Assembly (NCBI GenBank): GCA_965238175.1
Contig: CBDEGZ010000003.1
Span: 2,272,001 to 2,336,000 of the forward strand
Source of the DNA: Gammaproteobacteria bacterium
GTDB taxonomy: Bacteria; Pseudomonadota; Gammaproteobacteria; CAJXQU01
DNA length: 64,000 nt
Direction: 5' to 3'
Each line of letters starts with the position of its first letter. Within the stretch, counting starts at the first letter, position 1. The notes under the pieces were generated by a model. That model was not told the origin of the DNA. It did not search any database and was given only the letters and a program-made list of their open reading frames with translations. Shown here piece after piece: positions 20,892-30,231 of the stretch. Position numbers and translations under genes: made by a program.

Positions 20892-21962
20892 TTAATTTTT
20901 AAAGATAAAGTAGCGCTGAAGTATAAAACTAAAAACAAAAAGATGTATATCAATAAATATTTTGATCCAAACCACATTCCACACACTATGCGAAGAAACA
21001 TAGCCAACAAGCCCTCCCGATAAAGATGCTATCAATATCACAAGCCCAAAATATAAAACACCTTGTTTTCTTATAGTACTACTGTCCGTTGATTTAAATA
21101 CCATTTTTTTATTCAAGAAAAAATTCATAATGGATGAAAAGAATCTCGCAAGATAGGTACAAAAAATTATATTTGAAAACAAAGAATAGAAAATACTGAA
21201 AGCAACTATATCCACTAGAAAGGAAAACACAGAAACAGATAGGTACCGAAAAAACACAAAATATATTCGCATCGAATCTATCACTGGTCGAAAATGTGAC
21301 AACTTATTATCGTCAATGTAAATTGTTTGAATAGGGGCCTGGATAATTGGTGATCCCGAACGTTTCACTTGTATAATGCAATCAAGCTCATATTCATATC
21401 TATTGGAATTCAATTTCAATAGTTCTGGAAGCAGATCTAAAGAAATTGCGCGCAAGCCTGTCTGACTGTCCTCAAGATCAATTTTGTTCAAATACTTTAA
21501 AACCTTTCTTGTTAACAAATTCCCAAAACGACTACGAAAAGGGACAGAATCAGAAAAGTCACGCACTCCCATAATCAGGCCACTTGAAAACTGTTGACTT
21601 TCCAGGGCAATTTTAATGATGTCTTCTGTTTTATGTTGGCCGTCGGCATCAAGTGTAATCACCTTATCATCAGCTGAATTTGAAAGTGATAAAACTTCCT
21701 TAAAAGCACTTTTCAAGGCAGCGCCTTTCCCGAGGTTTTTTACATGTGTAATTAACTTTAGATCTTTTACTTCTTCTAGTTGTTTAAATATATAAGTAGA
21801 TTCTTCTTTTGATCCATCATCTACGACAATAATTTTCTGGAATTGTTCTTTAGAAAGCTCACTAACAATGTCGATCAAACATTCGTCAGGATTATAGGCT
21901 GGAATAATAAGAAAGATATTATGAAATTTATCTAATTTTTTATCAGATTTACTCATGGACAT
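20892..21962 (-). CDS. Bifunctional GT2 (polyprenol-phosphate glycosyltransferase)/GtrA flippase-like protein
   Basis: IPAYNPD, VVDDGS, NLGKGAALK, DADGQH, DSQTGLR, followed by a 4-TM GtrA-like tail (NFFLNKKMVF). Confidence 0.88.
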   Translation of the reverse strand: MSMSKSDKKLDKFHNIFLIIPAYNPDECLIDIVSELSKEQFQKIIVVDDGSKEESTYIFKQLEEVKDLKLITHVKNLGKGAALKSAFKEVLSLSNSADDKVITLDADGQHKTEDIIKIALESQQFSSGLIMGVRDFSDSVPFRSRFGNLLTRKVLKYLNKIDLEDSQTGLRAISLDLLPELLKLNSNRYEYELDCIIQVKRSGSPIIQAPIQTIYIDDNKLSHFRPVIDSMRIYFVFFRYLSVSVFSFLVDIVAFSIFYSLFSNIIFCTYLARFFSSIMNFFLNKKMVFKSTDSSTIRKQGVLYFGLVILIASLSGGLVGYVSSHSVWNVVWIKIFIDIHLFVFSFILQRYFIFKN

Positions 21963-23824
21963 TGTCTCGTCACCAAAGCAACTTTATCCAACTGATATAC
22001 TGAATACCCATAGAGATTAGGTTCGCCAGCGACTTTTTTAAAAAGAAATGGACATGCCTGCTCTGCCAGCTCTAACAGATAGTCACTCCCTGAACCATAA
22101 GGAATTTTACCAGCATAGAACAAATAGTCAGGCTCTTTTTCCTTTATTTCTGCAAGAAGCTGCTTTACCGAATAGTCAGAAGAAGGTGTCTCTGCATTCC
22201 ATTTATACTGCGGCCTTATCACTTCATTATGCCCATAAAATATCCCATAGATATAGTTACTAGGGATCCACAAAAGTAATTCTTTGTGATCATAAATTTC
22301 CTCATATACAAACTCCGCATCAGAGCCAAAATATTTAAAAATCGTATTTTTTCCTCCAGCCAGTGTATTAAACTGCCCATCATATTTGTTAGAGGTTTTA
22401 TTGATTGAAATATAAACCTGAGCACTAAATAAAATGACTAAAACGCTCAAAATAATTCGTTGCTTTGTTTGAATAAAAACCGAGAATTTATCAAATAATA
22501 TATTGTTGAAAGGCAATTTCAGATCATAATCTCCCAATGCTAACAGTAGTGCCATCAAAAAAACTACGTGCATACCCAACCGTAATGAGTAGCTTCCATA
22601 TAAAAACCAAAGAACTAATGCAGGTGCTAGAAATAATACCGCTACTGTCACTCCTGTTTTTGCCACCATTAGATTTCTTATACAGAGAATTAATAGTAGT
22701 AAAATAAAAGGTTTCTCAATTAGATAAATCTCAGTGAAATATATTAACTGCTCCCAAAATGATCTACCTTGAAATGAAGCACTGATCACTCCTTGGTTTT
22801 GGTGGAAATCACTTCCGCCACCAAATATCCAAAACAAACCCGATGCCAGAAGTATCGCCATAGGTAATACTGAATTTACTGGCATCTTCTTTTTGAAAAT
22901 AGAGTACAAAACGATAATTGGGACAGAAAAAAGAGCCCATATGAGTGCGGGTTGTTTGGTATTTACAGCAACAATCCCACACATCACTGACAACCATAAA
23001 TACTGGTTGTTTTTGGGATCCTCAATATATTTTATCAACAAATAAATCGAAACAATTAAAGCTGAAACCATCATCGGGTCCGCTAGTGCTTGATATAGAT
23101 GTTTTTTCACACCAATACCAAACAATAAAATTACCGCTAGAAGAAAATACTTGGCGACATTTTCATAACTGACCTTTTTCGGTGCCAAACCAACAGTGGT
23201 TAATATACTAAAACTAAAGATTGCAAAAAGAGCCTTTACAGGGAGCTGTAATTCAATTGTCCCTAATAACTTATAGCAATACGCGATCAATATCGAAAAA
23301 AGCTGCGGGTAAGGGGAGTTTGTATAATAAAAATCAATGTCTTCTCCCAAATAATGTTGTACAGCCCACATATTCCAACTGTAAATTTCATCATTCGAAT
23401 CAAATGAACCACTTCCCAGTTTTAATGCAATAAATACTGCAAGAAAGACGTTAAGTATAAGAATGCACAGATGTTCTTTGGGCCAGTCAAAAAAATCATA
23501 TCCTTTAGTTTTAATTAGTAAGGCGCTTCGATAAGTACCCACAAAAACAAAGAAACAAGAGACAACGACTACACTAAATTGGCTAAACAAACTGGTAATT
23601 GTTAGCAAAAATTCCACAACTCCAACAACAAACATACTAATAATAGGAATGGCCGCTATCGTACGAGTTGATTTTATTAACTGCGGAAAAACAGTAACAG
23701 CGGGACAAATGTAAACAGCAACTAATAACAAAAAGCAATAAATGAAAAACACGTAGGATGTGGCCCAACTTAAGAATCCGACATTATAACCGATATTGTT
23801 TATATCATCCTTACCGTTACCCAC
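21953..23824 (-). CDS. Polytopic membrane protein, probable GT-C fold glycosyltransferase
   Basis: More than 10 hydrophobic segments, acidic periplasmic loop motif (DSNDEIYSWNMWA..YPQLF), adjacent to the GT2-GtrA gene; start uncertain. Confidence 0.55.
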   Translation of the reverse strand: MGNGKDDINNIGYNVGFLSWATSYVFFIYCFLLLVAVYICPAVTVFPQLIKSTRTIAAIPIISMFVVGVVEFLLTITSLFSQFSVVVVSCFFVFVGTYRSALLIKTKGYDFFDWPKEHLCILILNVFLAVFIALKLGSGSFDSNDEIYSWNMWAVQHYLGEDIDFYYTNSPYPQLFSILIAYCYKLLGTIELQLPVKALFAIFSFSILTTVGLAPKKVSYENVAKYFLLAVILLFGIGVKKHLYQALADPMMVSALIVSIYLLIKYIEDPKNNQYLWLSVMCGIVAVNTKQPALIWALFSVPIIVLYSIFKKKMPVNSVLPMAILLASGLFWIFGGGSDFHQNQGVISASFQGRSFWEQLIYFTEIYLIEKPFILLLLILCIRNLMVAKTGVTVAVLFLAPALVLWFLYGSYSLRLGMHVVFLMALLLALGDYDLKLPFNNILFDKFSVFIQTKQRIILSVLVILFSAQVYISINKTSNKYDGQFNTLAGGKNTIFKYFGSDAEFVYEEIYDHKELLLWIPSNYIYGIFYGHNEVIRPQYKWNAETPSSDYSVKQLLAEIKEKEPDYLFYAGKIPYGSGSDYLLELAEQACPFLFKKVAGEPNLYGYSVYQLDKVALVTRQCP

Positions 23825-23855
23825 TACCCTTTGTTAATTAATTGGTCTAGTCTTT

Positions 23856-24494
23856 ATGCGTCAATTTATTATTTGTTTGCTTCTATTCCAGTTCAATAGT
23901 GTTTATGCGATTGAAAATGTCATTGTCCAAGGCTTATTCAAGAACACGGCAATTGTTATGCTCGATGATAAACGCCGCGTTCTTAAAGTTGGCATAACTA
24001 GTTCAGAAGGTGCTTTGTTAATAAAATCAACTAGCGAAAGTGCGATCATTGAAATTAGTGGTGAGCGCAAAACCTATCGGTTAGGTCGACATATTTCGAA
24101 TAAATTCAAAACCGCACCTGGCTCCAGAGCCGTTGTTATTACTCCCACTCGTTCGGGGATGTATCTAGTAAATGGCAGCATTAACAGTTTTGCCGTGAAA
24201 TTCCTCGTGGATACAGGGGCCACTTTGATCGCCATGAGTGAAACTCAAGCCAAACGCTTGGGCATAGACTATAAATTAGATGGTGAAATTGGCCATTCCA
24301 GCACAGCCTCTGGCACTGTCAAGTCTTGGTATATCACTTTAAAAAAAGTCAAAGTCGGATCCATTATGCTACGTAATGTGAAGGCTGCTGTATTGAAAGG
24401 CGATTATCCGACTGAGATTCTGCTCGGAAACTCCTTTCTAAATAAAATCCAGATGAATCGAGATGGGAAGTTAATGAAATTGCGCATCAATTAA
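23856..24494 (+). CDS. TIGR02281-type clan AA (retropepsin-like) aspartic protease, secreted
   Basis: Signal peptide, FLVDTGATLIAM, TASG, ILLGNSFL. Confidence 0.9.
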   Translation: MRQFIICLLLFQFNSVYAIENVIVQGLFKNTAIVMLDDKRRVLKVGITSSEGALLIKSTSESAIIEISGERKTYRLGRHISNKFKTAPGSRAVVITPTRSGMYLVNGSINSFAVKFLVDTGATLIAMSETQAKRLGIDYKLDGEIGHSSTASGTVKSWYITLKKVKVGSIMLRNVKAAVLKGDYPTEILLGNSFLNKIQMNRDGKLMKLRIN

Positions 24495-24679
24495 GCAGAG
24501 CTAAAGTTACAATACTAAGTCACAACTGCAATAGAACAGTTTTAATTTCTTTCGAAAACAAATAGATAAAAGGTTTACTTTATACTTTCTGTTCCCATAG
24601 CCAACATAGAAAACGCCCTCTCGATTCGAAACGAAAATTCAATTGTTAAATTCTAAAGATTATATCAAGACTCAAAAAA

Positions 24680-25109
24680 ATGAACTCTTTCACAACCCTT
24701 TCTGATACCGCTCACATTATCGAACTCGCGATTACGCCCGTTTTCTTACTGGCAACGTTGGATTTTTGAGTGTTATGTCAGATCGATTAGGGCGAATTGT
24801 TGATCGTTCTCACGCCTTGTGACAGATCGAAGCCAGTTCCTCTCATGAAGAATCCATCATCTTATAGCGACGTGTTGAAATCATTAACCTTTCTATTGGT
24901 TTTTGTACTACGGCAGGCCTATTAGTTTGCTTACTGATTATCAGTCCATTTCTTGGAAGTCTTTAATAACTATCAACGTCGGTAGCATTATTGCCAGCTT
25001 ATTTGTTTTAGCCATGCTTGCATTAGTTGTGGCCTTGATTTTGTTTTTGAAAGAAGTACAGCTGACTACTCGTACTATTAAGATTGTTAAGAAAGTTCCT
25101 CGGATCTAA
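24680..25109 (+). pseudogene. DUF2721-family membrane protein pseudogene
   Basis: Fragments in different frames: MNSFTTLSDTAHIIELAITPVFLLA / FLSVMSDRLGRIVDRS / IIASLFVLAMLALVVALILFLKEVQLTTRTI; frameshifts and stops between them. Confidence 0.75.
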
Positions 25110-25153
25110 ACCCTTCAGATAGGAACTAAGATAAGAACTTTACCTGTTCATCT

Positions 25154-25873
25154 TTATTCCTCATTTATCATCCGACTAATTTCATCTTCACCTAATGGCC
25201 TATTGATTTTCACCCGTAAACTTTCATTCCACTCGTCAGCAAAATCACGTTGCAAACTAATATTTATGCCAGCAGTACATGTCATAGTGATCAAAGCCCC
25301 AAGGCTAGCTAAGCCCATATCTTTGTGTGCATCCCAGATATCACCTTGCGTACCAAGATAAGCCATTCCCAGATCGCCACCAAAAACACCAACAACGGCC
25401 CATTCGATAAGCTCATACAACATGGAGGTGGACATCGTAAGATCAAGTGGCAAAAAATAACCCCAAAAACCACGAACCCCAACGACGCGTAAAAAAACTT
25501 CTCGGATTGGATAAGCGAGTAATAAGCCATAATTAAAGTGAACCAGACGATCAAAATGATTCCGTTCCCAACCCATTGCATCGTTCAATGAAAAACCGAA
25601 CTTGGATTGCAACCATTGATCATAAGGCACATCGGCATAAGTGAAATGAGCACCGATTGCATGTAGCGCTAGGAAGATGAAAAGTAAGGTATATGAGACT
25701 CGTGATAATGGGAATTTTTTATGTGTCAGAAGTAATAACGTAACCCCTATCATCACCAAAATATTTTCTAGCAACCAGTCATTAAAATGCCAGGGGTTGA
25801 TTGCAAGATATATCCACTCAATCGAAAATAAACCGAGTAAATAATAAAGGTAACGATGGTGCGACAGTTGCAT
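25154..25873 (-). CDS. DUF2238 (YjdF-like) inner membrane protein
   Basis: DWLLEN, GAHFTYADVP, RNHFDRLVHF, YELIEW, GTQGDIWDAHKDM. Confidence 0.88.
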   Translation of the reverse strand: MQLSHHRYLYYLLGLFSIEWIYLAINPWHFNDWLLENILVMIGVTLLLLTHKKFPLSRVSYTLLFIFLALHAIGAHFTYADVPYDQWLQSKFGFSLNDAMGWERNHFDRLVHFNYGLLLAYPIREVFLRVVGVRGFWGYFLPLDLTMSTSMLYELIEWAVVGVFGGDLGMAYLGTQGDIWDAHKDMGLASLGALITMTCTAGINISLQRDFADEWNESLRVKINRPLGEDEISRMINEE

Positions 25874-26048
25874 AAATTTATTTATTACTTTTCATACTTA
25901 ATCGTAAGTGAACATCATTTTCTCGGAGCAATCTTAAACAGTGATTACGATGATACCATTTACGGAAGACTAATCCTTACATTGATAATCCATTATTTCC
26001 AACGACGAATTCTGATCACATTCTCCCCTTTATCGTTTTTTTATCGTC

Positions 26049-26067
26049 ATGCGACAATTGGTCGCAT
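26049..26067. promoter_or_regulatory. Palindromic operator resembling a RegA/PrrA/RoxR box
   Basis: atGCGAC-aattg-GTCGCat (GCGRC-N5-GTCGC) about 70 bp upstream of ATG 26136. Confidence 0.5.
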
Positions 26068-26135
26068 TTTGATCTAACGGCTACTTTGCTAGTATCCCTT
26101 GTAAACCTAATCTGAAATATCCAAAAGGAACAATA

Positions 26136-27116
26136 ATGAAAAAGTATTTAATTGCTAGCCTGGTACTTCTCAATTCATCTTTCGCTTTTTCTCATGACTA
26201 TGAGAGCGTCCGCCCAGATTCACACGCACCCTATGGCGTCATGGGTGATCATACGCATAAATTGGGTGAGGTGATGTTGTCGTATCGATTTATGCGTATG
26301 GAAATGAATGATAACCGCGATGGAACGGATCGACTCAGTGATTCTGAGGTTTTAGCTGATTTCCCTGTTGCTCCAAGAAAGATGACAATGGATATGCATA
26401 TGTTTGGCGCTATGTATGCACCCAATAACAAGTTAACACTGATGGTAATGGTTCCTCTGCTTAATATATCGATGGATCATGTTACACGTACGGGGGGGGA
26501 ATTCACGACCAAAACTGATGGCTTTGGAGATGTAAAACTGTCAGGTCTGTATTCGCTATACGAGCATGGCAACCATAGAGTTCACCTGAATGCTGGGATC
26601 AGTTTACCGACTGGCTCCGTTGACGAACGTGATGATACTCCCATCATGGCAAATGCTATCCTTCCCTACCCAATGCAACTTGGTTCAGGAACTTATGATC
26701 TACTACCTGGTATTACCTACAATGGGCAAACAGTAGCATGGTCCTGGGGCGCTCAATTATCAGGTGTTGTTCGGCTTGGTGAAAACGATGAAGATTATAC
26801 ACTCGGTAATAAGATTGAATTAACCGGCTGGGTCGCGCATAAATGGAATGATCATATTAGCACCTCATTCCGACTTGCGGGTCAAAACTGGGGAAATATA
26901 GATGGTAGTGATGATCGTCTAAACCCAAATATGGTCCCAACTGCAGATACTGATCGCCGTGGAGGGGATCGCGTTGATGCACTTGTGGGCATCAATTATA
27001 AAATGGCCGGTTTTAGAATCTCAGCTGAAGTAGGTGCACCGGTATACCAACATCTTGACGGCCCACAATTAGAAACAGACTGGATAGGCACAATTGGTAT
27101 GCAGTACGCTTTCTAG
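26136..27116 (+). CDS. Outer-membrane beta-barrel 'transporter' (MetA/phenol-degradation-like family) with Met/His-rich N-terminus
   Basis: Signal peptide, HAPYGVMGDHTH, M-x-M-x-M-H-M strands, PYPMQLGSGTYD, C-terminal aromatic YAF. Confidence 0.75.
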   Translation: MKKYLIASLVLLNSSFAFSHDYESVRPDSHAPYGVMGDHTHKLGEVMLSYRFMRMEMNDNRDGTDRLSDSEVLADFPVAPRKMTMDMHMFGAMYAPNNKLTLMVMVPLLNISMDHVTRTGGEFTTKTDGFGDVKLSGLYSLYEHGNHRVHLNAGISLPTGSVDERDDTPIMANAILPYPMQLGSGTYDLLPGITYNGQTVAWSWGAQLSGVVRLGENDEDYTLGNKIELTGWVAHKWNDHISTSFRLAGQNWGNIDGSDDRLNPNMVPTADTDRRGGDRVDALVGINYKMAGFRISAEVGAPVYQHLDGPQLETDWIGTIGMQYAF

Positions 27117-27211
27117 TTATTTAACCTGATGTGATGGTCTCCTCCCCCTAACGGCATCTAGGTGCCATGATTGAACTGACATACACACAATCAAAAGAGG
27201 AGAAGACCAAA

Positions 27212-28225
27212 ATGAAGACTACAACAATCGGGTTAGACATAGCAAAAAACGTATTTCATGCTGTCTGCTGTAATCAACAAGGGCGTATAATCAAAAAGAA
27301 AATGTTAAAGCGAGCGCAGGTACTCTCCTTTTTTCAATCTCAACCTCCTTGTTTAGTCGCAATAGAATCTTGTGCAACGTCACAGTATTGGGCCCGAGCG
27401 ATACAACAACAGGGACATCAGGTGAAATTACTACCACCTCAGCATGTTAACGCATTTCTAATCGGCAATAAGAATGATTATAACGATGCCTTGGCCATCG
27501 CCGTTGCTGCGAAACAACCTCATTTAAAAAGTGTGGGCATTAAATCAGTTGAGCAACAAGACAACCAGGCACAACATAAAGCAAGAGACTTAGCGGTCAG
27601 ACAAAGAACCGCATTATGTAACCAAATGAGAGCGCTTGTTGCAGAATATGGCATTAGCCTTCGTCCCGGCCTAAATACCCTACGTCAATCTATCCCGTTG
27701 CTATTAAGTGATGAGAACGAACGGTTGTCCGTTACTTTCAAAAGGATACTGCGCCAGCTAAAGGAACAATGGCAATCACTTGATGCCTGTATTGCGACAT
27801 TTGACCAATTGATCATTCAATCGGCAAAAAACAATGCGATTTGCCAACGCTTACAAACTATTCCAGGGTTTGGGCCGATGGTCTCGAGCGCGTATTTTAA
27901 TGAAGTGGGAAACGGCGCTCATTATCACAAAGGGCGCGATGTGTCCGCCTCATTAGGACTTGTTCCACGACAGTACAGTAGTGGTGGTAAAGAGGTGCTA
28001 CTGGGGATCAGTAAACGCGGCAATAAATACCTTCGTTGTTTGTTAATTCTAGGCGCGAAGGCCGTGGTATCAAGAGCCAAAACGAAAGGCGATAAACTGA
28101 GTCAATGGATTAATCGTTTAGTTGAGACGCGGGGGCATAATCGAGCGTGTGTGGCGTATGCCAACAAAATGGCAAGAATGGCCTGGGCTATAACGGTTTC
28201 TGGTGATGACTACTCACCGGCCTAA
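27212..28225 (+). CDS. IS110-family DEDD recombinase/transposase
   Basis: GLDIAK, AIESCA, KNDYNDA (RuvC DEDD); TIPGFG; GLVPRQYSSGGK (catalytic Ser); SD GAGGAG before ATG 27212. Confidence 0.95.
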   Translation: MKTTTIGLDIAKNVFHAVCCNQQGRIIKKKMLKRAQVLSFFQSQPPCLVAIESCATSQYWARAIQQQGHQVKLLPPQHVNAFLIGNKNDYNDALAIAVAAKQPHLKSVGIKSVEQQDNQAQHKARDLAVRQRTALCNQMRALVAEYGISLRPGLNTLRQSIPLLLSDENERLSVTFKRILRQLKEQWQSLDACIATFDQLIIQSAKNNAICQRLQTIPGFGPMVSSAYFNEVGNGAHYHKGRDVSASLGLVPRQYSSGGKEVLLGISKRGNKYLRCLLILGAKAVVSRAKTKGDKLSQWINRLVETRGHNRACVAYANKMARMAWAITVSGDDYSPA

Positions 28226-28277
28226 ATAGAGAGAACAAATCATTTCAACGAATTGCGAAGGTAAAACTAAAGATGGC

Positions 28278-28432
28278 ATAACAGGTCAAACCAGCCTATT
28301 GAAAACCTGTCGAGCTCAGGGGTAACTAATACCGATAACCTGATAAGGAAAATAGGCGCGTAATACATCCAGGTCAGAAGTTGAAAACTTCATTGAAGGC
28401 CGTATATATGACAGCAATCCTGTCCCTGTTAT
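28278..28432 (+). ncRNA. Putative bridge RNA/seekRNA of the IS1111 element
   Basis: Outer stem ATAACAGG/CCTGTTAT; stem GCCTATT/AATAGGC enclosing target-matching segments; donor-matching ATATATGA at 28404-28411. Confidence 0.7.
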
Positions 28433-28471
28433 CTGAATGTTTTATCTTGCAATACGGGAGGAGACCATATA

Positions 28472-28678
28472 TGAACTCGGGATAAGGGTGACCCTAAAAA
28501 CATTAAAAGACAATGGGCTAGATGAAAACACTGTGACTGTTTTGTCCGGTGGATTTCTTTTAATGGCTATTAAGGCGGAGTTGCGTAGCAATAGCGAGCT
28601 ATATTGGAGACAACTCTAACGCACTGAGGCGCTAAAAAAGTCTGCTGGATAGGTATTTCTTATCCCAAGTTCAGATTA
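28472..28678. repeat. MITE/ERIC-like element (~210 bp) whose left terminal IR is split by the IS1111
   Basis: Reconstructed left end TAACC|TGAACTCGGGATAAG matches the reverse complement of CTTATCCCAAGTTCAGATTA (28659-28678) at 18/20; TA at both ends; internal stem GAGTTG..CAATAG/CTATATTG..CAACTC. Confidence 0.7.
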
Positions 28679-28882
28679 TTTAGCATATTAGTGCTGTAAT
28701 ATACTATTTCTTAAGGAGCTTTCAACTCCCTTTATAACCCAAGTTAAATTTTGTCTCAAATCAGCGACAGTTTAATTCTCCCCTGTTAACCAGTTCGAAC
28801 TGTCCCTATAATACTGGCTCTTATTGGGGAATGGGAGTCATTGTTGTTCTGTGTATCGGCAGAATAACATAATCAAATCAAA

Positions 28883-30229
28883 ATGCTTTTTTCTATAAAG
28901 AAAGGCTTGGATCTGCCTATTTCTGGACAACCAGACCAAAAAATTGACAACGCAGCTGCGATTAAAACTGTCGCTATTTTGGGCAATGATTATATTGGAA
29001 TGAAACCTAGGCTACAGGTTCAAGAAGGCGATAATGTCAGGCTGGGTCAAACTCTTTTCATTGACAAGAAGAACACTGGTGTCAAATTTACCTCTCCCGG
29101 CGCAGGAACAGTCAAAGCGATAAATCGTGGTGCTAAACGCGTTCTACAATCTGTAGTTATTGAATTAGAGGGTGATGATGCAGAGACATTTGAAAAATTT
29201 GATCAAAATACGTTGTCTAACCTCGAACGATGTGTCGTAAAGGAAAATCTGATCAATTCCGGACTTTGGACAGCGTTAAGAACCCGTCCTTACAGTAAAT
29301 CACCAAAACCAGACTCAGTACCAAGCTCAATTTTTATCACCGCAATAGATACCAACCCACTTGCTTGCGACCCTGAGACTGTTATCAAAGAACAGGCCGA
29401 GTCATTTAATGATGGTGTTATTGTTCTATCTCGTCTAACCGACGGTAAAATATTTGTTTGTAAGTCTGACCAAACAGATATAAACATTACTCAAACCGAG
29501 CAAATTGAACTTCATAATTTTGCCGGCCCACACCCTGCTGGACTGGTTGGCACCCATATCCATCATCTTGATCCGGTTAATAGTGAAAAAATGGTCTGGC
29601 ATATCAATTATCAAGAGGTCATTGCTATAGGAAAATTATTCACCACCGGCCAATTATGGGTTGAACGAATTATTTCTATCGCAGGCCCAATGGTTAAACG
29701 ACCAAGATTACTACGCACAAGACTTGGAGCAAACACTGAACAACTGCTCCATGAAGAAACGGAACATAAACCTTCTCGTGTTATTTCCGGATCAGTTCTA
29801 TCTGGTCATCAAGCATCTAACTGGGCGGCGTATTTAGGTAGGTTCCATCAACAAATTTCTGTTATTGAAGAAAAAACTGATCGAGAATTCTTTGGCTGGA
29901 TAAAACCGGGACGTAATAAATTTTCAGTATTGAATGTATTCATATCGAAGTTCCTTGGCGTTAAGAAATTTAATCTAAACACATCACAAAATGGTAGTCC
30001 TAGAGCCATGGTACCAATAGGTGCCTTCGAGGGCTTGATGCCGCTTGATATTTTACCAACCCAATTACTCAGAGCGCTTGTTGTAAAAGATACTGATGCC
30101 GCTCAACAGCTGGGTTGTCTTGAATTGGATGAGGAGGATTTATCCCTTTGTTCATTCGTTTGCTCGGGAAAATATGACTATGGCCCCGTGTTACGAACTA
30201 ACCTGAACCAGATAGAGAAAGAAGGATAA
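28883..30229 (+). CDS. nqrA: Na+-translocating NADH:quinone reductase subunit A
   Basis: [33 protein letters not shown] end. Confidence 0.97.
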   Translation: MLFSIKKGLDLPISGQPDQKIDNAAAIKTVAILGNDYIGMKPRLQVQEGDNVRLGQTLFIDKKNTGVKFTSPGAGTVKAINRGAKRVLQSVVIELEGDDAETFEKFDQNTLSNLERCVVKENLINSGLWTALRTRPYSKSPKPDSVPSSIFITAIDTNPLACDPETVIKEQAESFNDGVIVLSRLTDGKIFVCKSDQTDINITQTEQIELHNFAGPHPAGLVGTHIHHLDPVNSEKMVWHINYQEVIAIGKLFTTGQLWVERIISIAGPMVKRPRLLRTRLGANTEQLLHEETEHKPSRVISGSVLSGHQASNWAAYLGRFHQQISVIEEKTDREFFGWIKPGRNKFSVLNVFISKFLGVKKFNLNTSQNGSPRAMVPIGAFEGLMPLDILPTQLLRALVVKDTDAAQQLGCLELDEEDLSLCSFVCSGKYDYGPVLRTNLNQIEKEG

Positions 30230-30231
30230 AT

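Larger units (their letters stand above)
27127..28471 (+). mobile_element. IS110-family (IS1111 group) insertion sequence, about 1345 bp
   Basis: Perfect 13-bp subterminal IRs ATGGTCTCCTCCC (27134-27146) and GGGAGGAGACCAT (28456-28468), 7 and 3 nt inside the ends; shared TGA core, no TSD; long 3' non-coding end. Confidence 0.9.

Noticed and set aside
28437-28619. 60-aa ORF after the IS1111
   Set aside because: Spans the IS right end and the MITE; chance ORF
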